A DNA stretch of 64,000 nt from Lama guanicoe (Eukaryota): contig MU056000.1 of NCBI GenBank assembly GCA_013239625.1, forward strand, positions 11,855,175 through 11,919,174. Direction: 5' to 3'. Position numbers and translations under genes: made by a program. Each line of letters begins with the position of its first letter. Positions within the stretch are counted from its first letter, which is position 1. This document shows positions 1 through 13,260 of the stretch, one piece after another. A model generated the notes under the pieces. It was not told the DNA's origin. It saw nothing but the letters and a program-made list of their open reading frames with translations, and searched no databases.

Positions 1-112
1 ACATAGAGTCATTTTTCTTCTCTCAACAAAAATTTTTGATGACTATTTTCTTGACTGATGACTAATAAATCAGTTACCCTTTCTGTCCATCTCATGACCT
101 GTCACCACATAT

Positions 113-510
113 ATGAGTCAGGTTCTCTGAGAAGCAGAACCAGTAAGATCTGTGCACCCAGAGAGAAAGAGATTTATTTTAAGGAGCTGGCTTTCCTGAA
201 TATGGACACTGGCAAGTTCAAACTCTGCAGGATTGGCTGGCAGGCTGGAGACCCAGGGAAGAGCTGCAATTTGAGTCTGAAGGTAATCTGCTGGCAGAAT
301 TCCCTCTTCTCCTTGGGGAGGAGGCCTTCCACTGATTGGACATGGCCCACCCATCCACATTACAGAGGGTGATTGGCTTCACTTAAAGTCTACTGACTTA
401 AATGTTAGCCTCTTCTAAAAAATAGCTTCACTGAAACATCTAAAATAATACTTGACAAAATATCTGAGTACTGTGGCCTTGCCAAGTTAACACAGAAAAT
501 TAACCATCCT
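113..510 (+). mobile_element. MLT2-type (ERVL) solo LTR
   Basis: agtcagggttctctgagaagcagaacc start, ggcaggctggagacccaggg core, ccaagttaacacagaaaattaaccatc end, as in recalled MLT2 consensus. Confidence 0.75.
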
Positions 511-2624
511 ATGACCCGGTGGCTTAACCTGTCAGTAAGGGAAACTTACCCAGGATTTGATGAACTATGGGTGAAAATGAGACATCCTGCCAGTTGAAAC
601 TTAAGCTGCTTTTCCAGAAATTATACTCAATTCAGTATTAGCCAAAGATAAGTAGGAAATTTCTGCTTTAACTTGTTTAGTTGTATTATAACAAACTGGT
701 ACATGACAATTTACACTGTAAACTTGCACACTCTTTGAAAAAGAGTCTTATAAAATGAGACTTCAAGGAAAAGTTTCCCTTTGCATAAGCCTCTTTGGGC
801 TAGGTGCCCTGGGCTCTCCCAGAGACAATTCTGCTTTAATTTACATTTCTTTTGCCATTAGATATAAAAGCTTAAGAAGAATTGCTTTGGAGCTTCACCT
901 CGGTCATCAAAAGCTCTTGGCCACCTTCAGTAGGAAATTTCCATTGTCTGCCTCAGTGAAGCCAGACCACTTGGCATTCCTAGGCTAGATCGGTTTCACC
1001 TGCCTTCAGCAAAGAAAATAGGGAGATGATTGGGTTCATTCATTCTTAACCCAGTAGGCAAAGGAGTTTACCAGGTCTGTGAGCACAGAGGCCTGAGTCC
1101 ACGGTTGGCTCTGTACCCGCCCCCTTCCTGACCACTGCAGACACAGAGACGGGAAGCAGAGTGGGCTGTACAGCGATCCATCACTGAGAAACAAGCCCAG
1201 GACAAGTGTTCTCAGCAGGAGGAGTCTTTGAATTCACGTTTCCAATGAGAACGACAGCGTACACGTTCATTCTCCCGACGCACATCTATGGAGCACTTAC
1301 TGTATACTAGCAGCGCCCTACCAGGTACGTGGGTTCGGGCACGGGTTGCGTTTGGTTCCTTCTCCCAGGAGGTTTGCTGGGATTCAAGCAGGCAAACAAG
1401 TGTGAGGGAGAAGCATCAGCTGGTGCCTCATCCTAAGTGTGTCTGTTACATGATTGAATTTGATCATCCATTTTGAGGCTTAGTGGAAAACCAATTGTAG
1501 AAAGCCTTTCATTTAAAGTGAAAAAACTCAACGACTTCCTCCTCCTAGAAATTTAGAGGGGAAAACCCCTATTATCTAATAAATTATCTGCATTAAAAAT
1601 GCATTAGTCATCAATCTTCATACCATCTGGTGACAGCTACATTGCTTATTTAAAAACAACACAGTCCCCTTCCTCGGAGCGTGCTTTTTATGGTTCTTCT
1701 AAAAGAAACTCATTAAACTCAGCTATAGAAGAAGGTAAACTACTTTACAGTAAATTAGAATGTTATACATAAGAGAATGCTTTGCATATTTTAGCTGCCA
1801 TTTTAATTTAAGGTGGAATGCATTGCTGCCCAAAATGTCTATTGCAAAAACCTAAAGAACATAGTCCTTGTAGTTGATAGTAAACGCTAGAGAGAAGACC
1901 AGCCCCAACATTTATTTTTCCTATGTATCTAACTCAGCGACAGAGGATCCTAAGGTGCCCCGCGAACTGCCCACAAAGATGACATTTTCCTCCTTCCTTT
2001 GAAGGTCAGTGAGCCCGCTGTTGTGGTGTCCACGTTACTCATGGTTCAAGGGGCAGGTGCTTCAGAAGGCACGTTGGCTCCTGTAATATATACTGATATG
2101 TGGCATTTTACTCTTTAGAGCCTGTATCCATGGGTCAGTCCAGAGTTTCAGGAAATTCAAAAAATATTGTTGAAAACTGATTAGTTATGGATTTGTGTGT
2201 TTCAAACTTCTGCATTTGGTGCTGAAGAGTCATTATTTACAAAACAGAAGAAGCCAAAGCCCCACAAATGATTTGTTACTCCTTCTAGAAGGCAGTTCAC
2301 TCTGTCTCCATGCCCTGAGGGATCAGGTAGAAAGAGTTGTCTGTAAACAGAGACCTATCACAGGACGTCCCCGAATCCATGGAATACAAACATTTCCTTG
2401 GCAAGAACCTCAGGAAAAGCAGGCACAGTCCCTAAATCAAGAAGACACACCACCCACACAGCAGGGAGCATCTTCACTCCTCACCCAGACTCGCCTGATT
2501 CAGAGCCACTCACTGCCATTGCCACTGCCACTGCCATCTGTGGTTTAGTGCCTTTCATCAGCATCCCCTGCGCACTTTAATACATTCACACGTAAACTGA
2601 AAGGAAGTGATCAAGACACTATTG

Positions 2625-2626
<2 letters not shown>

Positions 2627-2659
<33 letters not shown>

Positions 2660-2678
2660 TGTGTGTGTGTGTGTGTGT
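2627..2678. repeat. (GT)n microsatellite, interrupted once
   Basis: Direct reading. Confidence 0.97.
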
Positions 2679-4499
2679 AGTCCTAAGCCTGGTACCAAAA
2701 GGAATGTGCCTGAAGTTATGAAGTTTGTCCATGTTTGTGATGAGGGATCTGCCTTGGGCACAGCTCCAGGAGCATGAGTGTGCAACAGAATTGGGGAAAG
2801 AGGGTATCAGAATGTTTTCAGATGCAGAATTCTACCTAATCAATCAAAAGTAGCTCACACAATAAAGACATTCATCTCATAAAGCAAGACCAGAAGAAGT
2901 GTGAGTCCCAGATTGGTGCGACAGTTCAATGACAGAGTCCAAAGCTTCATTCATCCTTCTGCTCTGTCCTTAATGATGCCGAAACATCCACCCTTGGGAC
3001 TGCAAGAGGGCTGCTGCAGACCCAGGCATCCCCTACAGCCATGACCACGTCCAGTGAAAAATATTGGTACTTCCTCCTGTGACTCTCTCCTTATTAGGAA
3101 ATCAAACTTTTCTTATGGTCCTTCACACATACCTGCAGCATCTTGTCCTCGTATGTCCCTTTTGCTAGCTCCAAGAGACTCTCAAAGAAAAGGTAGGAGC
3201 ATATCTGGCATGTGTATGTCATGGTGGGAAGATGGATCTGCCGGGAAACAAGAAGCCTTGGGGCAGAGCCAGGGACTGAATGGCTGTTTAGTAAACAGCC
3301 AACACTGGCCCTCACCAGGGATCAGGACTAGAACAGAAGAATGAAAGAATGTTTCTTGCCTGAAACCTGAATGGCCTCTCTGGTATTCATTTTGGAAATT
3401 ACTGTCTCCACATATCTAGACATACCTCTGAGACAAAAGTCCAGGTACATCACCCTTTTTGGTCACTCCTTAAGGACATCAAAGGCATTTTGCATCTTCC
3501 TAGGGACCAGGAAAAACCTTGGAAGGCATTTTGTTCTTAAGCGCATACACCAAAGTGAAATTTTGTGTAATGGTGGGTAGAGTCCGCCAAGCACACTGAG
3601 TCAACTCTGGGGCTCACCTGGGTTTCCACTGAGGGTAGTGGAACCGAAAGAAAGTGAACAAAGGCACCATGAGAGAAATCAATTTACCCTAGTGCTGGTG
3701 AAGCCTGCAACTTTGTGGGTAAGGAGAATTAACAAGGAACGCCAGCAAGTAATGGCTGAAGCAGGGGCTTAGAAGTCAGAATCCGGGCTTGAGTCTAAAT
3801 TGAGTCCATGGATCATGGTACCACCTTGGACAAAGCACTAGGGTCAGTGTGGGGTCGCCAGGACATTGTTTAAACAATGTGTGGCATGTTCTGAGTCAGC
3901 AGCAAGAGGAAATAAGTATTATCCGCACACAGGGCACTGGCAAATTCAGGCTGCACAGAAGTTAGATCTCTAACACTCACTGACACCCGTGACTAGGGGA
4001 AGACACTGCGGTGGCTGGCAAGTCTACAAACTTCCATGGCAATGCTGCTTCTATGGAGAGGAGAAGGGGATCTCCTGGACCCCACTAGCCCTCCTCTCTG
4101 CCCCTCTTAGTCCTTCTCCCTCCCTTCCCCTCAGCCCTCATGTTTCTGGTTCTTTCATGGGGTTCCTGCTCAAGCTTTTTCCTTCAACCTGTATTCTATG
4201 CCCTGATCCTTCTCTAATCTTTGCACTTCATTAAAACTTAGCTCCCTTGCATGCTATTACTTCCAGGACTGACAGTTCACCTAAATACTGTCCAGCTAAG
4301 ATGCTAGCTGATTCAGGGTCAAGAAGTTCCCCTCTTCCCCTCCCATCTCTCAGTTGGTACTCTCAGTTTACAGGGGTTTTCTATGTTTACTTGCAGGAAA
4401 TTCAAACGTGGGAAGATTTCTACTGTCCTGAAACCGTCATTCTGTTCTGTCTGCAGCTCAGGCAAGAGTTCTCATGGGAAAATATCATTCTTTTGCTTT

Positions 4500-4645
4500 A
4501 GAGGCAATATAGCCAGAGTGGATAGCAGTGCAGGCTCCAAGGTCAGGGCGTCCGGGTTCATATCCTGGTTGTACACTTGCTAATTGTGTGAAGTTGGGCA
4601 AGTTAGTTAACATCTCTGTGCCCAAATGTTCACACAAGATGGAAA
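4500..4645 (+). mobile_element. MIR SINE fragment
   Basis: gggttcatatcctgg..cacttgctaattgtgtgaagttgggcaagttagttaacatctctgtgcc, MIR core. Confidence 0.7.
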
Positions 4646-4712
4646 TAGAGAAAGAGATAGAAAGAATGGGAAAAAAGATTACAGTAATTGATTGGATTGC
4701 TGCAAGAATTTG

Positions 4713-5110
4713 TGTATTATAGACTGAATGTTTGTGTCTCCCCTCCCCCCCAATTCATATGGTAAAGCCCCAGCCCGCAATGTGATGGCTTCTGGAGGTG
4801 GGGTCTTGGGTACTGATTAGGTTTAGATGAGGTCACCAGCATGAGACTCCAATGGTGGGATTACTGTCCTTCTAAGAAGGGGAAGAGAGACCAGAGTTCT
4901 GTCTCTCCCTCTCTCTCTCCCTTCCTCCCCTCGATGTAAGAACACGGCAGGAGACAGCCATCTTCAAGACAGGGAGAGAGTCCTCACCAGAACCCAACCC
5001 CTCTGGCACTTTGATCTTGGAGCTTCTAGCTCCCAGAATTGAGAAATAAGTGTCTGCTGTTGAAGGTGCCTAGTCTACAGCACTTTGTTACGGCAGTGTG
5101 AGCTAAGACA
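4713..5110 (+). mobile_element. MLT1 (MaLR) solo LTR, MLT1A/B-like
   Basis: tgtattatagactgaatgtttgtgtctcccc start, ctcaccagaaccc..ctggcactttgatcttgga core, ctaagaca end. Confidence 0.8.
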
Positions 5111-7484
5111 ATGAGTTAATGCAGGGAAACAGAACAGAATGAAAGGCATTGAGGTATGGACAGCACTCACAGGCATCGGCCAGATGCTAACTTTCTTGGT
5201 AATAATAGGAAGGATGAGGTTTGCCGATTTAATTTTTTTCAATATTGCATCTAAATCTTATTTATCTTGATTACTGAGTTTGTCGACACCCCCTTAAATT
5301 TGGTGCCCAAGGTGAGAGCCTTATTTATCTTACCTACTTCACTGAATATTGGTAAATGCTCAGTGACAGTTGTTATGCGTGAAGTTTAAAGATAGCTATG
5401 TATTCTTTAAAGATATTTTTATGACAAAGTTTGTTGAGGGTTATTTTCTCAGTGGTCCAGTGAAGAAATCCATTTACAGATCCCCATCCTGGTGTTTCTG
5501 GGTCACTCACACTGTAAATGAGAGGCAGTCAGAATGGGATGACAGTAGCACAAGTTTGCCACAACATGACCCAGAGAGACGTGTGACCTGTGGGAATGGA
5601 GCCAGCCTAGGTTCAGATGGCAGAGGTTTGGCCAATTTATCTGCCTCCATCCAAATCCTCATTGTAAACACACAGCAAATTTGTTTTGTTTTGTTTTGTT
5701 TTGTTTCCTCTGAGTCCCATTTCCCTCATTAGGCTGACCCCTTGCCCTATCTGAGCTGGAAACTACAAAAAAGACTCTCCCTTCATGTTACAGCCCAGCC
5801 CCCACAATGGATGTCACTTCTGAATATGATGGGCATCGTGACATACATCACCAGAAACATTTCTCCATATGATCCCCCTGGATTACCACACCCCCTTTCT
5901 TTCAGTAAGTTGAAATCACTTTCTAATACCCACCTATCTTTACAACAGCCCCGTGTATCAGACAAGAAGAGACAGTACTTCTTCTCTGTGTAAAGCAAGT
6001 TTACACCTCATCTGTTCCATGTGTAATGAGATGGTTCAAGCTAATCACTGAGACCATGTTCTTGGTCTTCTGTTCACTAAGCCCCCAAGCCCATCTTTCT
6101 CTCCTCACTGGTGCTCTTGCCTCCAGGGTTTGGATATCTAGAGTTCAGTTGGATCATTGGCAAAAACGATCAAACACTTTTAACTGGGAATCCCATTCGC
6201 AGTGGGTAAAGCTCTTCTGAGCACATTTGCATCAAAGGGAATCTTGATATTATAATCATGGCACCACTGTGATAATCATTGTGACTGTTGATCAAGAAAG
6301 AAGGAAAGGAAAGAGTAGAGGTATTGGACATTTGCTGGAGGCCAGACTCCAGATACAGTGGGCATCTTTGTCCATGATGTCCACATGGACAGCCCAGAAC
6401 AGGTCATTAGCACAAGTAGCCAGCACTGACCTCCTGTGAACAAAAAAGAACCACCATGGAATTCTGCTCTGCCCTAGGATTCAGGAAGTAGAATCATGGT
6501 TTGAAGATGTACCCCTAAAAAGGAGTGTGACTTTCAGGAACTCCAACTGCCGGGGTCTTGTCTGTTGAATTACAATGTGAGGGGTTTAGACCAGACAAGT
6601 GGTTTTCTACATGTTCCCTCTGACACACAGAAGTGCAATAAGGTGGCTGGGAGCAGCATGGGGAACCCCAGCCCAGGGGCTCAGGAGCTTCAAGTTCAGG
6701 CCCGAGCAGTTCCCCTTTGGTCTGAGTGATGTGTTAGGACACCACCTAAGGTTTTGTCTGGATAAAGAGCTCTGGGTTGATAATTAGACAAAGCAAACAA
6801 GACAAAAAATGGCAGAGTGGATGGTCTCAAGGCTTTCTTTCTATGTCATTAGTCAATAATGTAATAAAAAGTTAGTGATATATTTTATAAACGAACCCTC
6901 TGTCCCTGCCCTCCAGCAAAGACCTCAGAAACACAGCATCCCTGAAGAACTAGGGTTTATTACTTGTACACGGGAGGGAGGACGCTGACCAGGAGGAGCC
7001 GTGGGCACCACAGTGACAGGGCCGTAGGGGCTTTGCTTGGCTGATTGGCAGAAAGGGGTGGGGGGGATGGGTAAGAGGAGGGAGGAACGTTCTAAGGAAG
7101 CAGGGGTTTGGTCTGGACTGCGTGCTGTCAGAACGTGGGGGAGTCTACGGTGGGATATTCAAAGCTTACCTACAGGGAGGGCTGATGGAGAAAGGACAGC
7201 TTGTCTCTGGTCCAGGAGGCACTCACTCATCTCAGCTGAGGGGGAGGAGGCTGGTGTTTCCTGGGTGCACAGAGGCCTTGTTGGTGTCACATCCGTGGTC
7301 TCAGGTGACCTTGTCCAATACTGGGGTGTCCTGTGAAGCTGTTTACATGAGCAGAACCAGGGCCAGCATGAGCGTCAGGCCAGGTCCCAGACGTCAGGGG
7401 ATGCTTTTTGTTTTCTTACCTCCCTTCAAAAAGTGCATTTTAACTCTGAGAGAAATCAGCACCTACCCACTCAGAGTTCCTCAA

Positions 7485-8295
7485 CGCAGTCAGATGCTTT
7501 TGTGAACGCGCTGAATAAACAGTCGTGTGAAGAATCCTCCCCACGGCGTCTTCCTCCCCGCCCCGCTCTCCCCACCCAGAGACACCGAGTGATGCTAAGA
7601 TGTGTCTGCCCTGGGCTCACATCCCTGAGACATTCTAGGAGATCCCAGAGAAGAATAAACACAGAACAAAGGAGGAGAAGGACCACGAGATGCAGACACG
7701 TGTGGAATTTTTCATTAACGTTGTTCATTGCGTCAAAAAGCCAGATGAATGAATGCAGCCTGTTTCTCCATCAGGTGATGACCAACAGGTGGGTACTTTA
7801 CCATTAAGGTGAACTCCTTTTGTGGAGAAATAATCTGGAAGGTATGCGTGCCCCTGGAAGAAAGTGGAACTGAAATGAAAATGCTCAATAGGCAATTATT
7901 TGGGGGTAAAATGGAGAAGAAGTCATAAAGATAAATTATATTCAAGCTGTTAGTTTATATGTGTAAAAATTATTGAATTAAATAACTAAATAAAGTAAAT
8001 AAATCAACTAAATAAATCACTTTCATATACTTCCATAAACATATATGCTTTGTTTCCTACCTTTTTTTTTTTTAATTATCTATAATTTCCTTGTGGGGGT
8101 AGGTTTACTTAGTAAACTAAATCGTAAGAAAAAGGCATTCAAACATTTTAAGTTCCTGGTCTAGACTGTCCTCATCCTTAGTCACTCCTGGCAGGACGAT
8201 GTTATTTAAGATAAGAATGACAATGGTTCATTCAGAGGAAGGAATCCTGGCTAAGGAATCAAAGACCCTTTTCCAGAACCACAACTGACTAGGAG
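7485..8295 (+). repeat. Inverted repeat, left arm, outer segment (pairs with 63226..64000; probably extends further left, but its partner leaves the window)
   Basis: cgcagtcagatgcttttgtgaacg at 7485 is the reverse complement of the last bases of the window; paired ORFs 7433..7807(+) and 63684..63983(-) are nearly identical; homology followed by eye to ~8295. Confidence 0.93.
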
Positions 8296-8545
8296 TAAGA
8301 TCTAGGGCAGGGCATTTAGCCTCTGTGGGATTCCAGTTTCCTTTGTTACCTAATGGAAGATGTGGAGGAGAGAGTCTTTAAGTCTCTTCTAGTGCAAATG
8401 TGCGATGATCACGTGACCCACATCCTCTCTGCGACTGAAATAGGTGCCTTCCGCTGTGGTGGGCTGACACCCAGACATGAGGTCTACAATTTGGGCTCCA
8501 AAGTATGTATACTGAGCATTTGTTGGTTTTGGCTTTTCAGCGTCT

Positions 8546-8962
8546 GTATTAGTCAGGGTTCTTTAGAGAAGCAGAAGCAATTATATATATATAAGATTTA
8601 TCACGGGAATTGGCTTACACAGTTCTGGAAGGTGAAAAGTCCCACAATCTGCCATCGGGAGAATCAGGGTAGCCAGTGGTATAACTCAGTCTGAGGCTGG
8701 AGACCTGAGAGCCAGAAGGCTGCCCCTCTCAGCTCAAGAAGAGTGAGGAAGTTTGCCTTTCACCTTTTTGTTTTTCCCAGCCCTGGGCAGTGGGATGATG
8801 CCCACCCACACTGGTGAGGGCAGGTCTTCTTGAGCCCATCTGCTGATTCAAATTTTCGTCTCTTCTGGACACACCCTTACAGATACACCCAGAAATAATG
8901 TTTTACCAGCTCTCTGGGCATCCCTCCGCCCAGTCAAGTCGCCATATAAAATTAACCATCAC
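8546..8962 (+). mobile_element. MLT2-type (ERVL) solo LTR
   Basis: tgtattagtcagggttct ... ataaaattaaccatcaca termini (TG..CA). Confidence 0.8.
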
Positions 8963-9404
8963 AGCATATATCACACCATGTCGATCATCTCTATTGAAAA
9001 CCCCAGTTTTATTTGAGGAGTCCCACATACACACACCTTTAGCAGTCCAGGTGGTTTGGATGAGTGCCTCCTTCCCCTGCAAACCAATCAGAATAATTCC
9101 ATCCTTTGGGCTGCCACGTTCGATTGGTCAGTATGAGTACCTAACTCAAGTCTGCTCAGTCAAAGTGAATCTTCCAGCTTGAGAGGAGGACTGGGAAGAC
9201 GACTTCAACCAGGGAGGCTAGGAGTCTGATCAAGTTTTAGAGCTAATTACCAATCTCTGAGAAATCTGAGGGAGAAAGGGACATACTAAGTACTTTGGGG
9301 ATATAGTTAGCAACTGTGGCCTCTGTAGGAAAAATGATCTACTTTCCCCAACAGAAGAGAACAGAACAGAGAGAGAGAGAGGGAGAGAGAAAGAGAAAGA
9401 AGCT

Positions 9405-9795
9405 ATAGATATAAAGAGATCTAAAAAACCTACTAACCAATCACAATGTGTGGAACTAATTTGAATAATGATTCAAATATATAAAATAATCAAGGAAATG
9501 TGAACCAATAGGATATGTGACAATATTTAAGAATTATTGTTAAAAATTGTAGAGGTTACAATGATACGGCAGGTATATTTTAAGGGAGTCTTTGTCCTTT
9601 AAAAATTCATCCTGAAACATCTGCAGGTGAAATAACACCTGGCACTTGCTTCAGAATAACTTGGGATGGGGAGGGAACAGATGAAACGGCTTTTCTGGGT
9701 GTGGGTAACTGTTGAAGCAGAAGATGGGAAACCACTGTTCACTAGCTCATGCTCCCTAGTTTTAGATCTACTTGAAAAATTTGAATAAAACAACT
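9405..9795 (+). mobile_element. Old L1M (L1MC-like) 3' fragment
   Basis: A-rich degenerate L1 3'UTR motifs (gaattattgttaaaaatt, gaaacatctgcaggtgaaata, gtaactgttgaagcagaagatggg). Confidence 0.6.
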
Positions 9796-10129
9796 TTTAG
9801 ATAAAAGCACATACATTTTTAAATACAAAAATTTCACTTTTGAGAAATGATACAAATTACAGACAAAGATATTTATCTTAAGATCATTGGTAAGAGAAAA
9901 AAACTAAATGTTGAACCACAAGTTAAGTAGATTATAGTAATTCCTTAAATATAATGATAGGCACCCTTCAATTATGTCTAGGAATAGCTTTTAAAAACAT
10001 GAGAATATACTTATATAATATTAACTAAAATGTATAGCAAGATTATATTATCTCAAATAAGTGAAATATATAGCACATAAAAGATTGGATTTATTTCTGA
10101 ATAAGTTTATTACCCTCTTACTATGGAGG

Positions 10130-10345
10130 GGCATATGACATTGTGGTCTAGAGGGCAGGTTCCAGAGGGAGTTGGAGCCTCAGCTCAGCCACACAGTAGC
10201 TGTGACCTTGGGCAAATCACTTGACGTCCATGTTCTAATTTTTTAAATGGGTATGATAGTGGGACCTATCTCATAGGTTGTAAGAATTAACCAAATTGAT
10301 CTACTTAAAACACCTGCAACAATGCTGCTGCCTAGGATGTCATTT
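10130..10345 (+). mobile_element. MIR SINE
   Basis: tagctgtgaccttgggcaaatcacttgac..aaatgggtatgatagtgggacctatctcataggttgtaagaattaa. Confidence 0.75.
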
Positions 10346-10739
10346 GCAAATGCTGGCTGTTACTACCATTCACACAGAGCGCGAAACGCATGCTGATACT
10401 GGTTGCCTGAAAATTGGCGCTTTATATGGATTGTACTTCTATTTTTCCAAAGCACTGTTGCCACGTTATTCTATTTTATTCTTGTAACAACACAACAGGA
10501 TAAGAAGTCAAAGAATAACTATTTACAAAATGAAGACTACAGCTCAGTTGTAGAGAGTAAAATGAACTTTCCAGAGGAAGCCCTCCCCCTCCCCAGGTGC
10601 CCCTCCCATCTCTCTGCCAAGATGACTTTCTGTGAGCAATAAAGGTCCTTATGTGGCTGACTGCTAGCTGCTGTCCGTCAGGCACAGACATTATTTTTAA
10701 TCCCTCTGCTCTGGAAGAAAGTGGTTCCAAATTCCATGG

Positions 10740-10970
10740 CTGGAGCGATAAGGCCCCGCCCCGCTGAGCATTGCAGAGTCAGAGCAGGGTGAGCGCGCCT
10801 GGGGCCTCCGATAACTGACAGCGCCCTGCTCCCGCTCAGTTTCATTTCTGCGGCCTGAGCTGGCCCCGCCTGGGCACCTGCAGGAGGATGGGGTCCTGAC
10901 AGCCTGTCCTGATACTAAGCAGCTTAAATCTGCATCTCCTGATTAACGTTCTATTTGTATGCAAATGAGT
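10740..10970. promoter_or_regulatory. Candidate enhancer: GATA, GC-box, E-box and octamer motif cluster
   Basis: GATAAG 10747, CCCCGCCCC 10754, GATAAC 10810, CACCTG ~10875, ATTTGTATGCAAAT 10953-10966 in a non-repetitive, locally CpG-rich patch. Motif evidence only. Confidence 0.4.
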
Positions 10971-11543
10971 CCTGCCTTGGTGGCTTGTGGATAAATGGAC
11001 ACTGCATATTGGAGCTTTTCTGAATACAGAGTTGTGGGATGGAAGGACAGGAAGTGACCCTATAGAATAAGAAGCCATGTTTCTTCATTTTAAAGACAGG
11101 AAGCTAGGATTCAGAGTGGCCAAGTGGACCCCCCCAGGGGCATGTTGCTGGTGAGCTGAGCGAAGCTGTCTGAATATGGGGAGTCCCACAGGCCATATTT
11201 ATATCTCTACCCTCGAGCCCCAGATGAGCTGGAAAAAACAATTACAGATTAACATCCATCTATCAGTTACTCTGTGTGTCTGTGTGTGAGAGAGAAAGAG
11301 AGAGAGAGGTAGGGAGTGTCTGTGGGTTGGGGCTAGAAGTGGGGAGGTTATCCCCAAATCACTGGCTTCCAAACTGTGGGACTTACCTCCCTAAAGCAGA
11401 GATTGTGCTCAGTTAATAATAAGTTTAGCCCTTCAATAAATTTCTATTTTTTAAATAAAAGTATTTTTTACTTTTTAAAATAAATGAAGATAGTTAAATT
11501 ATTGTCCATTTTTATCTGATGAACAGTCTCATTCAACTCATAC

Positions 11544-11875
11544 TGTTGCATTAATTAAACAAGGAGGCCGTTACACAGAGGGGGCTCTAATGCCATAGTT
11601 CCAATTTCCTCTGTAAGCAAATCAAAATCTAAGCCCATAAATGCCTCAAGCTGCAAAATCAAAACCTGTGGGCAACCAGTCACAACCAGCCAAATAAGCT
11701 TTAAACTACAGCCGACCAATAATCTCCTCACTTTGTGTCTGCTCTTCTGTCTAAACATGTCTCTCCCCAGCTCCTGCCAGTGGAACCTCTTCCGGTTTGA
11801 TGTTGCCTGATTCAGATAGATTTTTGCTCAAATTAACTCTTGAGATTTGTAATATGCCTCCATTTATTTAGCAAT
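11544..11875 (+). mobile_element. Probable ERV solo LTR
   Basis: tgttgcattaattaaacaaggaggcc start, ccaat boxes, ttttgctcaaattaactct near the end; resembles artiodactyl ERV1-class LTRs; family not assigned. Confidence 0.5.
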
Positions 11876-11979
11876 ATTAAAAGCACAAATACTATCAAGT
11901 GATTGCCCAATAAATATTTTAATGTAAAGGGAGAGGGAATCTTACAATAAAAAAGATGGTTTTCTTATCACATTTTAAA

Positions 11980-12153
11980 AAATGGGGTAGGGGGACACGA
12001 GAAAACTCTGGGAAGTGTTGGCTACGTCTGTTATCTCAACCATGGTGATGGAATCACGGGTGTTTGCAGATGTTCAAACTCATCAAATTGTCCACATTAA
12101 ATATGTGCAGTTCTTTGTTTATCAGTTGTACCTCCATAAAGCTGTTTTAAAAA
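11980..12153 (+). mobile_element. L1MB-like 3' end fragment
   Basis: caaactcatcaaattgtccacattaaatatgtgcagttctttgtttatcagttgtacctccataaagctg. Confidence 0.7.
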
Positions 12154-13099
12154 AGGATGCAGAGAGCAATTAGAAGTCAAAAGGAAATGATGAAAGAGGG
12201 ACCAAAATAGTCATTTAGAGATGAAAAGAAATGGAGTACGAATAGAGACTGCTTAATAAAAATGTAAATCATTATCACTGACATCCAAGCAAAATAATAA
12301 AAAAAATAATGTCGTGTTCATCAACCCCATCTACCCCAGCATGACTAGAAAATGCCTGGGAGCAAATTCTCAGCCCCAGACAGGAGCACAGAGAGGATAA
12401 AACTTCCCCCAATTCTCCCCTATCAGAGAACGATTCAGAAGGCGCTCCTCCTACTGAAAGGACAGTAACACTACCCAGCCCCGTGGAGAAACCCTCACTG
12501 TCGGGGTGTATGTAGTTCTTCGGGGCGGTAAGTGTCTTTCTGAGGCATAGCTGATAAACATCGGCCTATTTCTGGCAGAAACTAATTAGGGGGCTGAGAA
12601 TATCTGTAAATGCCCGTCTTTACCTTGGCCAAGCTCCGGAGTCATCTTGGGGCCAATGGCAACACACTCAGGAGTGAAACTCTAATGCGACTCATGGCCT
12701 TTAGGTGCAAGATGGGCAGAAAGCCCCGAGAGTTGTCGGGGGGTGTAGAGGACGTCCCAGACGATCCACGGTTGTCCACAGGGGCTTACTAACAGCCAGG
12801 CTGATTCACACAGGCAACCGGCAGGACTGGGTCCCCTGTGGGCTGCCAGGCCCCGATGCTGACACACTTGGGAGCTTTTGAATTTCTCTTGTACTAGAAT
12901 GAGGAGAGGCAAGTAGCTTTTGCAGAGGCAAGAGGTAAGGATGGGATGGGGATGACATGGAAGCCTCCTCCCACATCTGCCCATCACCCTCCCCATCCCG
13001 GCCAGACAAGATTTGAGCCCCGAGAAGGGAGTCCTAGTTCCCAAATAAGGTAACCATGTTCAAGGACGAAGCATCCTTATCTGGAAGGCCCCATTCTAT

Positions 13100-13260
13100 T
13101 CATATACATGATCTCATTTAATATGCAAACAATCCTTGAGGGAGGTACTATTATTATCCATATTTTACAGATATGGAAACCCAGTCACAGAGAGGGTAAG
13201 TAGTTGCCTCAAAGGCACACAGTAAGAGGTGGAGCCAAGATTCTAACAGAGATAAACAAA
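13100..13260 (-). mobile_element. MIR SINE
   Basis: gaggtactattattatccatattttacagatatggaaaccc..agagggtaagtagttgcctcaaaggcacacag. Confidence 0.75.

Noticed and set aside
2505..2537. Short gccact/gccatt hexamer run
   Set aside because: Ordinary low-complexity micro-repeat.
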